Source of the DNA: Phaeosaccion multiseriatum
Lineage: Eukaryota; Protista; Ochrophyta, other classes
Assembly (NCBI GenBank): GCA_965112735.1
Contig: OZ218954.1
Coordinates: forward strand, 1,550,001-1,614,000
DNA: 64,000 nucleotides
Direction: 5' to 3'
Position numbers and translations under genes: made by a program. Below are positions 21,863 to 34,425 of the stretch, in pieces. Each line of letters opens with the position of its first letter. The stretch's first letter is position 1. A model generated the notes under the pieces. It was not told the DNA's origin and did not search any database. It saw only the letters and a list, made by a program, of their open reading frames with translations.

Positions 21863-22993
21863 TCATGGAGTAATACCAGCAGCATCTCGAGCTGGTAGTC
21901 CGGCCATATTCAAATACCTGTCATATGGCTGGCATACGTCAGTCTTAGTGATGTTGCCCCAAGAGCCGCACGATTTGTCAAGCCCTTTGGCACAGAAGTG
22001 GAGAATAGGCTCTGCTACTGCACCATCTGGCTTTGCAGGCTTCGCCACTTTGTAGACCAAGGTGCCAACACCCACAGGCACATCTTCATCCTTCAACTTC
22101 TCCGTCACAACCCCCAATGCGTTGGCTGCGCGGGCCAAGAATTGTTCCGGGTTGAATTTTTCCCGTCTTGCCTCTTGCACATCGGCCGTGACTACTTGGT
22201 CAAAGTAGAGATACAACGATTTCAGCAAACCTCCCATGAATGCCATGCCTGCATCTCTGCCCATGAGCTGAAACTTGTCGTTTATTCCTCCCCACGACGC
22301 ACACCTGGGAGAGAGAAGAACGGGCCGGTGCTCTCGCTTCTCGAGTTTCTTCAGCTTGCCGTACATCGCCCTACCATTCACTTTACCCCACGACATGAGG
22401 TCGTCTCGAACGCGCAGGATGGCGTTATACTTGCTTCCCCCTCTATCCAACTCATTGTCGGTCAGCGGGGCGACGCATTCTGCAAGGCTACCGAATATCC
22501 GAATGTGGTTGCCTGCACGATTCCGCCGACGCTCAGCAGACCATTCTGGGCCGACCTTGTCCAGTATCGAAAGATAGACAGGGTGAATCACGGGTGCCAG
22601 CGGCTGCTGGTAGTCCACCACTCGCACGCTGCCCAGTGTCTGGATGCCTGCGCGTTCGACGGCTCTGAGAATGTCGCTCTCATTACGGTAAAGCCCGTTA
22701 CCGCCAACGGCGCCGCTCTTAGTATTCGTGCTGAAGGAGCGCGCAACGTCCATGTCCAGCACAAAGACCAGGTCTATCGTATTGAACACCTCAGAAAAAG
22801 GTGCCACAATCGCGGCCAGCTTGACGCTCAGCTCCAGACGTGAGAGCTGCCCGGTGATGCACACCCCGAGTCTTGGCCCTGTCGCAGGACCCTGATACTT
22901 TGACGATTGCAGCAGGCCAAACAAAAATCCAATCAGGGCTAGGGACAGGGTGACACCAATCAGAAAACCATGGTGGCAGGATGGGATCCCCAT
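21863..22993 (-). CDS. Putative glycosyltransferase-like type II membrane protein (GQ-R / RxD / WGGxND family), intronless
   Basis: TM GFLIGVTLSLALIGFLFGLL. Motifs LGVCITGQLSR, YNAILRVRDD, SWGGINDKF, FNPEQFL. First in-frame ATG is at 22993. Confidence 0.7.
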   Translation of the reverse strand: MGIPSCHHGFLIGVTLSLALIGFLFGLLQSSKYQGPATGPRLGVCITGQLSRLELSVKLAAIVAPFSEVFNTIDLVFVLDMDVARSFSTNTKSGAVGGNGLYRNESDILRAVERAGIQTLGSVRVVDYQQPLAPVIHPVYLSILDKVGPEWSAERRRNRAGNHIRIFGSLAECVAPLTDNELDRGGSKYNAILRVRDDLMSWGKVNGRAMYGKLKKLEKREHRPVLLSPRCASWGGINDKFQLMGRDAGMAFMGGLLKSLYLYFDQVVTADVQEARREKFNPEQFLARAANALGVVTEKLKDEDVPVGVGTLVYKVAKPAKPDGAVAEPILHFCAKGLDKSCGSWGNITKTDVCQPYDRYLNMAGLPARDAAGITP

Positions 22994-23164
22994 AAACGAA
23001 TCTCCTAGGGGCCGAGGGAGGATCTCCTGCCGGGGGGGATGGATCGACCCTGAGTGGCTATGGCTAGGCACTGCCCACTGGGCATGGGATCTGACTGTAC
23101 TACCAACTGTAGAACCAAAAATAATTTTTTTTTCTTCTTCCTCTTAAGAATCTTAGGTGTACAA

Positions 23165-24271
23165 ATGAGGTATTGGGTAGTGGTGCTACTGCTCGTAGGA
23201 GCTGTCGGCTCGGGCAGCTACTATTGGGGCCTGCTTCTCTTCGAACCCATTTCCTCACTGTTCTCTGCGGATCGACCGCCAAACGATAGAGAAGGGGGCT
23301 TCTTTAAGAGGCCAAAATGGCTGGAAAACTCTAGCAAGCGATATGCCTTGCTTTTCTTTGGGGCGACGAGGGGGCTAGCACGAAATGGACATACAGTCGA
23401 GGACCATATTTTCCGTCCCCTGGCGAACCACACCTACGACACCTTTGTGCACACGTTTCTGATAGAGGGCTCCATTGAGGCAAACGCTAGGGACTTCCAA
23501 CTGCTCCATCCTACGAGGTACGATGATGACGGATGACGAAGGCAGGAGAGGAAGAGAGGTGGACTTTGCTTCCTCCCCCGTTCCGTCATTCCCTCGCCCC
23601 TGATTCCCCCCTTTGCCCCTGACCACCGTGTGCACCCATGATTCAATCCCAGGTACTTGCTGACGAGCCAAAAGGCCTTCGATGAGACTATGAAGGACGA
23701 CCCACGCTATGCTGCCTACGTTAAAAGGTACTGGTACAAAAGCTCTGTAACGGTGAATGTTTTTCGTGCGAGGCATTCCCTGGCACTGGTTTGGGAGCTG
23801 TTCACCGCCTTTGAGCAGGAGTTCAATGTGACATACGACGCCATTGTCGTCATGAGATCGGATGTGGCTTATTTGGTGGACATTGAATTGCATCCTGTTG
23901 GGGACAGAGACATCTACGTGCCCTCTTGGGGGACCTGGGGCGGGGTGAACGACCGTTTCGCCTTTGGGGGGCACACTGCTGCGAAGGTGTATTGTAATAG
24001 ACACGAGGCCTTGCTTTCAGAAAAGGACGAGGCGCTGCTCGCATCGCACAAAAAGTTGAACTCGGAGATGTTTCTAAAGTGGGCGCTGACAGAGGGCCAC
24101 GTCAGCGTCAAGACGACGAACATGGAAGTAGCAAGGGTAAGGGACGACGGTTGCATTCATTCAAACGATTTTAGTATGGTTCGAGATCGGTGCAAAATGG
24201 ACGGCGGCGGCAATTCCAGCAGTGCGTGCGGAATACTGGCCGGGGGCACTGTGTGTAAAGAACGATACTAG
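23165..24271 (+). CDS. Putative glycosyltransferase-like type II membrane protein, same motif family as the divergent neighbour; intron 23518-23652
   Basis: TM MRYWVVVLLLVGAVG. Motifs ALLFFGATR, YDTFVHTF, YDAIVVMRSDV, YVPSWGTWGGVNDRFAFG, NSEMFLKWAL. A phase-2 GT...CAG intron restores the frame. Confidence 0.75.
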
Positions 24272-24338
24272 ACTGGTCCATGGGATGGGAGGACGACCCA
24301 CGTTTGCTCCCTCAGACTTACGAGGTGCAGAAGGTATA

Positions 24339-24742
24339 CTGCGTAGTCGCCGCTGAGTGGCCCCCTGAGGCCGATTTGAGCCAATCCTTAACGGATTTTG
24401 AAAGGGGTTTGACCATACTTTGAACCACCTTTGAAGGCCTTTGAGCAGACTTTGAGCGCGTGCTGTGGGTGATGGCGTGGCGAAGGGGGGCTGCTGTAGG
24501 CTGCTGGCGTCGTCTCTGCTCTGACGGCAAGAAAGTGTTCAAACTTGGGTGAATTGATGAACGGAAAATGGGGGTTGAAAGTCCCCCGGGGGCGCTTCAG
24601 TATCGGTTCAGAGGCGCCTCAAATCGGGATCAAAGTCTGCTCAAAGGCCTTTAAAGGTGGGTTAAAGTATGGTCAAACCCCTTTCATCAGTAAGGGTTGG
24701 CTCAAATCGGCCTCAGGGGTGCACTCAACCGCGACTTCACAT
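24339..24742. mobile_element. MITE with long (~115 bp) terminal inverted repeats, TA-flanked (Tc1/mariner-type)
   Basis: Left arm CTGCGTAGTCGCCGCTGAGTGGCCCCCTGAGGCCGATTTGAGCCAA...TTTGAGCAGACTTTGA mirrors right arm TCAAAGTCTGCTCAAA...TTGGCTCAAATCGGCCTCAGGGGTGCACTCAACCGCGACTTCACAT. TA on both sides. Confidence 0.8.
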
Positions 24743-24911
24743 TACCCACTCTTCTACATTTGTGAAAGTTGATGGCTCGCGTCTTCTTTCCCCTAGGATG
24801 GCTGGATCCTTAAGTCTTTTCACCAAAGGCAAACAACCAATAATAACCCAACCCCCTGTGCAATACATGTTCCTGTTCATTCGGCCCAGTGCCTTGATGG
24901 CAGCCAGCACA

Positions 24912-26276
24912 TCAGCCCAGTGCCTTGATGGCAGCCAGCACATCAGAGGCGTGCTGCTTGACCTTGCCCTCAACATCTGTAAACACCTGCTCCACCTTGC
25001 CGTCTTGCGAGACGATAAACGTCAGTCTGTTGGCGAAGCTTCCCATAAAGGGAATGCTCAGCTTGGAGCCGTATGCCTCTGCCACAGCGGCTCCCGAGTC
25101 GGACAGTAGAGGGAACTCAAGCCCGTAGGACTTTTCGAAGTCCAGGTGCTTGTCTACGCTGTCCACACTCACGCCTGCGAGGGCGAGAGAAGCAAGATGG
25201 GACAGCACAGGAGAGAGAGAGAGAAGAGAGAGAGGTAGAGAGAGGAGGGGGGTGGAGGGGAAGGGTGTTCAGGGTGCGTTGTGTGTGTGTGAAGACCGGC
25301 TGATCTTCTACCCCTCATCTTCCGCTCGGGTGCTTCAGACATGTAGGGACTGCAATACATTCGCATGGCCGCTTCGACAACCCGCCTCCTCTTGAGCTGG
25401 GACGTACAGTCTGGCGATGATAACTGCCCCCCCCTCCCCTCGTCCGGACGAACACTCCTTTGCATCAGAGCAAGTACTCACCAACAATCTGTGCGTCGAG
25501 GTCCTTGAATCTGAGCACAGAGGCCACCCGGAGCCAAATAATGAACAGTAAGGAGCAGGCGGAGGGGAGGGGGGGCGCGGAACGGAGAAGAGACGACAAC
25601 ACGATCAGGGCCACAAGCAATCACCAGGGCCAACAGATGGCCATCCTGCACAGGACCCTCGAGACCGCAGGTTATGCAGGGCACACCATCTAAGATGAGA
25701 GCATGAGCAGACGTGCCACACACACACAGGGCAGGGAGCATCTTCGTAGAAGCACCCAGAAATATGGAAGAAGCACTCCTCCTCCCTGCTCTCCTCTCTT
25801 CCACACAAAACGATAGACAGCATTGACCACGTTCTTTCCACCGCTTCAGCTTGGTCGTACTGCAAGAGGTCTCCCTCCCTCGCTCCTTCACTCCTTCCCC
25901 CGCCCCCTCCCTCGCTCTTTCAGTGCTTCCCACGCTCTTTCCCTCGCTCTCCCACTCCTTGCCTCGCTGTCTCTCTCGCTCACTCTCATTCCTTCCCTCG
26001 CTCTCTCTCTCGCTCACTCTCTCATTCCTTCCCTCGCTCTCTCTCTCGCTCACTCTCTCACTCCTTCCCTCGCTCTCTCGCTCTCACTCTCTCACTCCTT
26101 CCCTCGCTCTCTCACTCCTTCCCTCGCTCTCTCACTCCTTCCCTTGCCTCTCACCCCTTCCCTCGTTCTGTACCTCACTCCCTCCGTTCTTCATTCACTC
26201 ACTTCGAAAACTCCTTCTGGAAGCCTTGCGCCTCGATTGTGCACCCTGTCGACATGGTGGAGAAGGTATGGGTGAA

Positions 26277-26335
<59 letters not shown>

Positions 26336-26939
26336 GAGGCAGGACCATCATTAAGAAAAACAAAAAAACGAAAGAGGCACGGTGAAAGAGGTGGCAAACG
26401 AGGCTGCCAGACGAAGCAGCGTGGCAGGGGAAAAGGAAAAAGGGGGAGGGGATACTCCAGCAGTGCCTTCCATAATGCACACGGACCTGATGTGAAATCC
26501 CCCGGGTAGAAGTACACGACGGTATGCTTGGCTTGCTTCACCAGCTCTGACAGCTTCAGGTCCTTTCCTCTGTTACTTGGCAGCGTGAAGTCCGGGGCAA
26601 TAGACCCAACCTTGGGAGGACCACCACCCGCGGCCGCCGCTGGCGAAGCAGCTCCCAGCAGCGAGGCCGAGGCGAGCGTAGAGGCGGTACCAACCGCTGC
26701 GCTCTTGAGGAACTCACGCCTGCAAGTGAGGCACAGAGAAAAGAGAAGGAAGGATTAAAAGCTTCCTCGGTCTTGTGTCTCAGGCGACACAGCGGCCTCG
26801 ATGTCCCTCCCTCCCTCCCTCCCTCCCTCCCTCCCACCCTTGCCCACCTCGGCGTGACCGCACTCATCGTTGTGAAGGCTGCGCAGCTTAGCGCGCAGCT
26901 GCATCCCACCGCAATACTGAGCACGACCGGAAGCTTCAT
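24912..26939 (-). CDS. PRXQ: Plastid peroxiredoxin Q (BCP-type), five exons
   Basis: Signal peptide + AAF presequence; RREFL transit motif; APDFTLPSN...VVYFYPGDFTSG/CTIEAQGF (PxxxTxxC)/FKDLDAQIV/GVSVDSVDKHLDFEKSYGLEFPLLSD...RLTFIV. Confidence 0.93.
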
Positions 26940-27088
26940 CTTTCTCTCTTTCTATGAGTTGGAGGGGTGGGTCAGAAGTATTTGGGGAATCATCGATCAG
27001 AAATCAGGGGGAAGGAAGATGGCACTAGATGGTGAAAGGGAGAGAGGCGCACTTTCTCGATCACCCCTCCTCCATCAAACCCACCACG

Positions 27089-27430
27089 ATGCAAAGATAT
27101 ATCCCTGTGTTGCTCTGTCTGATCCTCTGCTTGGCTCATGCTTCGGCCTTTGTATGCCCTCCTCCAGCGTCAGCCGCAATTCAAAGGAAATCTGGCCGGA
27201 CATCTCTCTCTCTGATCAATCTGCGTCAACCACTTTCTTCTTCGCCTACTGTATTTCTGCATGGGCACCCACTCTTCGCAAAGAAGGGAGGGGGCGGAGA
27301 TGAAGAAGGAGAAGTTGGAAAGAAAAAGTTTGAGACGAAGTACCTTATCGGATGGGGAGTTTTGGCCTTCGCTGTTTTGTACGACTTCTTCATCACGCAC
27401 GGTGGGCAGCCCTACCTGAAGCACCCTTAA
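27089..27430 (+). CDS. Small plastid-targeted single-TM protein
   Basis: MQRYIPVLLCLILCLAHASAFV (ASAF motif), S/R-rich transit peptide ending LFAKK, C-terminal TM YLIGWGVLAFAVLYDFF. Confidence 0.7.
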   Translation: MQRYIPVLLCLILCLAHASAFVCPPPASAAIQRKSGRTSLSLINLRQPLSSSPTVFLHGHPLFAKKGGGGDEEGEVGKKKFETKYLIGWGVLAFAVLYDFFITHGGQPYLKHP

Positions 27431-27645
27431 TTGCGCTGAAGCAAGGGAGCTTCGCCTTCACGACTTCTTCGTCCCACGCGGTGGGCAGGGCTTTCTTCGT
27501 TCCACGCCGTGAGCAGCCCTACCTGACACACCCTTAGTTGCGCTGGAGCAAGGGAGCTTCGCCTTCATGACTTCTTTGTTCTACAGGGTGGGCCGGGCTT
27601 TCTTCGTCCTACACGGTCGACAGCTCTGCCTTAAGTACCCTTTGT
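27375..27645 (+). repeat. Degenerate 107-bp tandem repeat of the 3' end of the small plastid gene (~2.5 copies)
   Basis: CAGCCCTACCTGA at 27407 and 27514, with a degenerate copy at 27621. Confidence 0.75.
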
Positions 27646-28335
27646 AGCTACGGTGGAGCGTGGCGAGCACCTGTATTGGGGGGGATGGGGATGGGATAGG
27701 AAGGCAGTGGAATAGTGCCTTCACCAGCACCAGCACCAGCACCGCGGGCACCACCAGCACCAGAGCAAATCCACGTCCTAGTCAGGGAAAAAGGGGGGTC
27801 ACTGGGTGGGAACGATACCAGCGACAGTAGGCGGACTATCGAGGCTCGAGCGGGCAGGCTCCCGCCGCACAAAACCCCTGTTGCTACAAGGACAGCAGAC
27901 GCGTAGGAGGTAGGACACTCTGGTCTTTCCAAGCTTACCTGTTGCGATGGACGAACATCGACTCGAACAGCAGGGAAGAGCGAGGCCCCAGGGAAGCGTC
28001 TGCTTGGGCGGTGGAGGCGCGTATGAATCCAAAGTGCTTTACATTTTTATTAGAAAATGTTTTAATCCTTGCTGTGGCTATCGATTCTGTCAATGATCCA
28101 TCGCATTCATTCTCTCGCTGCTGTGTTTGTGCCACACATTCCAGGAAAGGCTCATACATAAAGAGGAAAGGGCTATATCTCGCACTTCCCCTTGCTCGCC
28201 CTCTGACAGCGTGCCGCCGCATGTGTGCGTGCGTGTGCAAGTCCTCTCCCCCTCCACTGATGCGTTCCTCCCCTCCGCTTGTACTAGTTCACTGCTTTGC
28301 CTTGCTTTGTCTTGCTTCCCTTCGATGCAGCGGCT

Positions 28336-31300
28336 TCAGCTGCCTTCTTGGGGGGGCGTGTGCGCGTTGAGAGCTGTCGTTCGCATCTTGGCGTCGTACA
28401 GCTAAAGTGTGCGAAGAGGGAGGCACGGAAGGAGGGAGGGAGGGAGGGAGGGAAGGTCGGAAAAGGGAGAGAGGGGCATGGAAGAGGCAGATTCTGAGTC
28501 GACAGACGGGAAGCCCAGACAGATAGGTAGGTCTACAACTCACAAGACTGTCGCTCAAGGCTCGTTGGGTTGGGGAGGGGCGAACCGACAAGTGAAGCAC
28601 CGAAGCACCAACATCCACACCACTTACCAGCGTCTGCAGCTGCAGGTACTCCGCTCTGTGCTTGTCGAGAGAGAGGCGCTGATTGTTGTTGCGCGACTCC
28701 AACTCCTGCTTGCTCTGGGGTGAGGCGAAATGAGTTGATTCAGGACGCGATATAAAAAAGGGAGTGGGCGTGAGGAGTGGGGAAAGGGTCGTCGTCCTGA
28801 GGCGTGATACCCGTTCGTAATCATTGAGTGTGGAGCATCGATATATGTTGTCTCGATGTTGTTCGTCGCGCTCGATATCTTTGTGTAGGTGGGAGGTAGT
28901 CGCGACTTACCGCCTTGAGCTGACTGAGCTCCCTTTGGCACTCTTCCAAGTGGTTGGCAAGAGTTTCCATCTTTATGGAAGAGGAGAGTAACAGTAAGAG
29001 GACGATCAAGGCAAAACAACGAGTGAGAATAAATGCTACGCTTGGCACGGCGTTGCGGCTGCTGTCCCCCTCCTTCCTTCCTTCCTTCCTTCCTTCCTTC
29101 CTTCCTTGCTTCGTTCCTTCCTTCATTCATTCATTCCTTCCTTCCTTCATTCCTTCATTCATTCATTCCTCCCTTTCTCCCTTCTTCCCTCCTTCCCTCC
29201 TTCCGCCTTCCTCCATACCTGCTGCAGTAAGTCTGCTTCCCCTCGAGGCTGTCCGCTCAGCAAATGGTTGCCCGAGACTGGCTCCTCGCACACGGGACAG
29301 GAGCTCACGTCGTCTGCGCACGAGCTGTACACCGCAGCAGAGGCGAAAAGCAGGCCAAAGTCAAAGATGGACGCAAGCAGGAGGATCAACCGGGGAGAGG
29401 GGAGGGGAGGGAAGTCTGATTAGCGTTTCGTGCTCGTGCTTTGTCCATCATACTACGCACGAATGCCCCGCGTATCCTCTTGTCTTCTTGTTCCCGTCCT
29501 CACTCACCCGCAGGTGGCCAGATGCCCACATGGCTCAAGCACCACAGACTTGAAGGCAGTCCTTGGGTCAAGGGAGGAGAAGGTGGTGCCAGATAGACAG
29601 AAGAGAGGAGCGGCGCTAGCATGAGCCCGTGAGTCTTGATACGACCGACATTTGTCACCTTCGTCACCCACCTCAACTCAACTCGATCGGACTAGCTCGT
29701 GTCCGTGCTAGACTTCACTTGCCATGTCACTCACTCCCTCCCTCCTCGCTCACTCACTCACTCACTCACTCTCTCACCCACTCACTAACTCACTCACTCA
29801 CTCACTCACTCACTCACTCACTCACTCACTCACTCACTCACTCACTCACTCACTCACTCACTCACTCACTCACTCACTCACTCACTCACTCACTCACTCA
29901 CTCACTCACTCACTCACATTCACTCACTCACACTCACTCACTCACTCACTCACTCACTCACTCACTCACTCACTCACTCACTCACTCACTCACTCACTCA
30001 CTCACTCACTCACTCACTCACTCACTCACTCACTCACTCACTCACTCACTCACTCACTCACTCACTCACCTGCAACACATGCACTCGGGCTTAACCGCGA
30101 GGAGCACAACGCTCTTGGTCGCCTCATGGGCATCATCACCGTCACCGCGACTGCTGTCTTCGTCGCCATCTGCTCCCACTTGCGCGCTCGAGTCTCCCCC
30201 CCCTTCCCCTTCCCCTGTCCCTCGATCTTCTCCCTCCTCCTCTCTACATGATGCCTTGCTGGCTCGGCCCAGTAGCCTCTCTACGACACCAAAGCCGAAC
30301 ACACGCGCCCCCGGGGGCGTAGAAGGTGCCGTCGCCGCCTCCAGAGAAGAAGGGGAGGAGGAGGAGGCTAGACCTCCATCCTTGACTGACGTGGAAAGGG
30401 CCCGGGCAAGCACCCGCGCCTCGCACACGTCGGCCTTGGCTTGGGCGAGAGAGGCCTTAAGTGACTTCACCTCCTTCACCAGTGCCCTGGAACGTGCAAA
30501 TGGGGGAGAAAGTAGCCCAACAAAACAGAACAAAACAAAACAGGCTTACATGTGCGTGCGTGCGTGCGTGCGTGCGTGCGTGTGTGTGCCGTTGCGCGTG
30601 TGAAGGAGTGCGTGTGCGCGTGCGTGCGTGTGTGCGTGTGTGTGTGCGTACATGTTATTGTGTTGGAGGGCGGCGTAGTCCTCCCCCCCGCGCCTCTGCT
30701 CTCTCCTCTCGTGCAAGATGGATACGATGACATCGACGTCATCATCGGTCATATCCGCCTTTTCGTCCTGCCCCACCACTGAGAGCATACATGCAAAAAG
30801 CGAGGGAAGGGATGGAGAGAGAGAGAGAGTGGAAAGAGAGAAGAGACGGAGGGGGAGGGGGGAGGGAAGATCGCGGAGGACTGAGAGGGAGAGATTGGAG
30901 AAAGAGAGACGCAGGAAGAGAGATGCAGGCAGAAACGGAGGGCCAAACTGCCGAGTAAATCAGTTCCATATCACGACATGGGAGAGTTCCATATCACGAC
31001 GCGAGAAGTGTGGCTCCAAATGTCTACGAGTGTGCTGGGCCGCCTGGCTTGCGTTTCGTCTCCCCACCGCACCTTGCTCGGGCATGAGGTCGTGGCTGTC
31101 GAGTGCATCAGTGTCGGCGCCGCTCTCCAGCAGCAGGTGGATCACCTTTCGTCGGTTGGGGGGAAGAGAGAAGAAAGAGAGTGAGGATAGACAGAGCGCG
31201 AGAGGGAGGGAGGGACGGAGGCAGTGGGCAGAGGAGCCACAGGGATGGAGCAGACATTCCCGGTAGACAACAAGAGGCACAAGAAGACGCACCCCGAGCC

Positions 31301-32856
31301 GACCACTAGATAGGGGGAGAGACTCGTTCCGCACGCAGAACCCTCCTCCCCGCCCCCTCTCTTCTCCTTGACAGCAGAGGGGGGCCTTAGCTACATTTAA
31401 CAACTCAACTCCCTTATGTCCTCAGTCCTAACCTGCACGTGTCCCATGGTGGCGGCGAGATGGAGCGGTGTGGCCTCCGCCGCCGCGTCCTTCACTTCCG
31501 TCAGGGCATTGGCCTTGAGCAACAGCCGCACCACTCCCACGGCTCCTGCCCAGCTGGCACTGTGGAGGGGCGTCCACCCATCCACATCCACGCTGGTCAC
31601 GTCGGCGTCGCACTGGAGCAGTAGGCGCGCAATCTCCGTTCGACCCTCCTAAGGGAACATTGGTAGGGTGTTTGAGGTATTTGCTTGTTGTTTTTCGTCG
31701 CAAGTCAAGCGGAGGAAGGGAGTAGGGTCAGAGAGAGGGTATACTTGGTATACCTTCCTGGTGGTGAGGGTACACCTTCAACACTTGGAAGAGCCCAACC
31801 CCCCTTCCCCTTGGAGCTTCTCCTTTGGAGAATGAGAGAGCCAAGACGCTTCCTCCCCTTGACATTGTGGAGGAACTTTTGAAGGGCGACAGCGCTAACC
31901 TCCTGTGAGGCAAGTCCTACCTGTGAGGCGTGGTGTAGAGCCGTCTCGCCCCTCTCATCCTTCATGTTCGGATCAGCAGAGGCCTCCAGTAGGATTCTGA
32001 AGGAATATACGTGCCCGCGAAGGAAAATCCATGAGTACTGAAGTAAAGGGAGGTGGATAGGAAGGGGCGGGGGCGGGCGAAAGCAAGGCGAGGGAGACCA
32101 CGCCCCATCCTACCTCGCTATGGAGTACTTGTCCTTCTTGCACGCGAGGTGCAAAGGGGTGACCTGCCGCAGAGAGCGGGCATTGGCATCTGCACCACTC
32201 CCGATGAGGTGCTTCACCACCTCCTGTCGGGGGGGCGTCATAGTTGGCATAGAGAGAGAGTGTGGGCTCGTCAAAGATAGCCCCCCTCGGCGTGGCTCAA
32301 GTTTGTATGCAATCATCGCACAGAGCTGTAGGGATCCTTTCGGGAGGGGCGGCGGGCTCAGAAGCGAAGAGCTACATGAACGACCATACTCATGTTGGAA
32401 AGCTAAAGCCCCACTCTCCGACTCGGAGATGACGCGCATCGTACAGTGAACTTCTTGCAGCTCGCACCTCACTGCCCTGCTGGGTAGCAATGTGGAGGAG
32501 CGCTCTTCCCGTGGGTAGGGTGGAGGCGTTGGGATCGCCACCAGCCAAAAGGGAGCATGTCAGAGCCTGCACACGCAAGTAGACGCAGAAGAACGTAGGG
32601 TACCTAAAGTAAGCGAAGCATGAGCATGAGCAAGGCAAAGGCGACCGCAGACCTGCTTGTCGTCCTCCGCACCTTCACGACAACAACAACCTTGTATCCC
32701 TCCCTCTCCTTCCTCTCACAACATCTGCGCCACATCCTCTCTCTTCCGCCTCCACCATACCTCCAGGTTTCCTGCCCTGACGGCATCGATAGCAGCCTTG
32801 TCAGCAGCTGTGACGGAGGGCGGTGGAGGCGGTGGTGTTTCCACCGCCCCCCGCAT
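28336..32856 (-). CDS. Multi-exon ankyrin-repeat + RING-finger + coiled-coil protein (putative E3 ligase)
   Basis: Ankyrin exons GADANARSLRQVTPLHLAC, ADPNMKDERGETALHHAS, DGWTPLHSASWAG, TPLHLAATMGH. RING-like VVLEPCGHLATC/SCADDVSSCPVC. Last exon LYDAKMR...QEGS* (stop 28336-28338). Start codon inferred. Confidence 0.75.
29750..30068. repeat. (CTCA)n microsatellite, intronic
   Basis: Directly visible. Confidence 0.95.
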
Positions 32857-33327
32857 GCCATTGTCCTCGTCTTGGCAATCTCCTTCCCCCCACCCCATCG
32901 CTCCTTCCTCACTTGTGCTTTCTCAGAACTTGTTTCTCCTCTATATCTCCCAGCGTGTGGTACGCTTTGCTTGTCTCTCATGGTACAATACCTCTCGCTA
33001 AAAAACAAAAAAAACTCTCTCGGCGCAAAGGTATGATCCGGCGGCGGCGCCATTGCCAACGGAGAAAAAATCGACTGTACCGAAATTAAACATCGAAACG
33101 TGTCAAACGAGGAGGAGCGGTAATCATTGAGGGGGATGGGGATGATACCGCTCCCAACAAGAAGCAGTGTTGGATAGAAAAGACGCCGCACTCGAAGAAG
33201 CAGAGCTTTAGATGAAAGGAGAGTGCCACGCCACCCTGAACCTCACCCCATCCCAACCGTCCCCGCCTCTCTTTAGTCCTTTCTCTCTCTCTCTGAGGCT
33301 TCAATGCTGAGGAAGACGGAACGCTGG

Positions 33328-34389
33328 ATGCCGATGGCTCGGGTTGGGCGCAAGAGAGGCAGGTACCAAGGAGCGGGACGGGTGGCGCTTGTCTTGGTCC
33401 TTCCCCTGCTGGCACTCCGCAGAAAGCACGGCAGTCCTGCTGGTGGTGCAGCGGCAGCGACTACACCTACGCCGAGTGTACTGGGGGTGTTGCCAGCTCT
33501 GCTGCTGCTGCTGAAGGCGCCTGCCACGGCTGAGTATGCAGGAGAGGTCGCCAGTGCCAACATCACCATCAACGAGGAGCAGGTACGTTGACTGTAGTGC
33601 ATTGCGAGGGAGTGCGGCTGCCACACATCTCCAACTCTTCCTAACATGTGAGCAGCCCAGGTGTCCCAGACTCTATCACAATGTCAATCCTCGTGCACGT
33701 GCACTGCTTCAGGTGTCGCTATCGGCGAGGCGGGGGGATGATCTCACACTCTTGGCCCAGGAATTTTGCAGAGAGCACAGCGTCGCCAACCCACAGCACT
33801 GCGTCAATAGCATCAGGTGCGTGCGTATGCGTTTGAACAACAATGTGGTGACAACAAGAGAGAGAGAGAGAGAAACAGAGGAGGAGAAGGAAACCTCTGC
33901 CCGCCTTCCCCCTCTTCCCTTCCTGCCCCACTTAAGGTGGGAGCTCTCGTCTCAGCTGTACTGCGCACCGGAGGCAGCAGCTATCCAAGGGCAAGAAGCA
34001 GCTTCCGAAGATCAGGGGCGAAGCCGTAGTGGAGCGCCGCCTTCCCCACTCCGCTTCCGCTTCGTAAGGCACTCCATCTACGAAGGCACTGATGAGTTCG
34101 ACCTGCTCAGGTATGAGTCAATGAATGGGGCGGGCCGCACAGAGGGCTCAGACATGAGCACGAATTGGTTGAGGGCGGCGGGGGGCGGGATAAATGCTCT
34201 CTTTCCTTCGGCGTCTGCCCGCCTTCCTCTCTGTGCTGCCTGCATGTCTGCCTGTCTGCGCGCTACCAACCTGCCCACACTGCAGAGAGGGAAATCCTCA
34301 CCCCCGCCCCACCCCACTCGACGTCCCCCCACCTCCTCCTCCTCCTGCTCCTCCTCCTGGTCCTCCTGCTCCTCCTCCTCCTCCTCCTC

Positions 34390-34425
<36 letters not shown>

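Noticed and set aside
21470-23156. TAAGATTCTTAG and CTTAAGAATCTTAG as inverted ends around the minus-strand GT-like gene
   Set aside because: Only ~11 bp of AT-rich match and no TSD.
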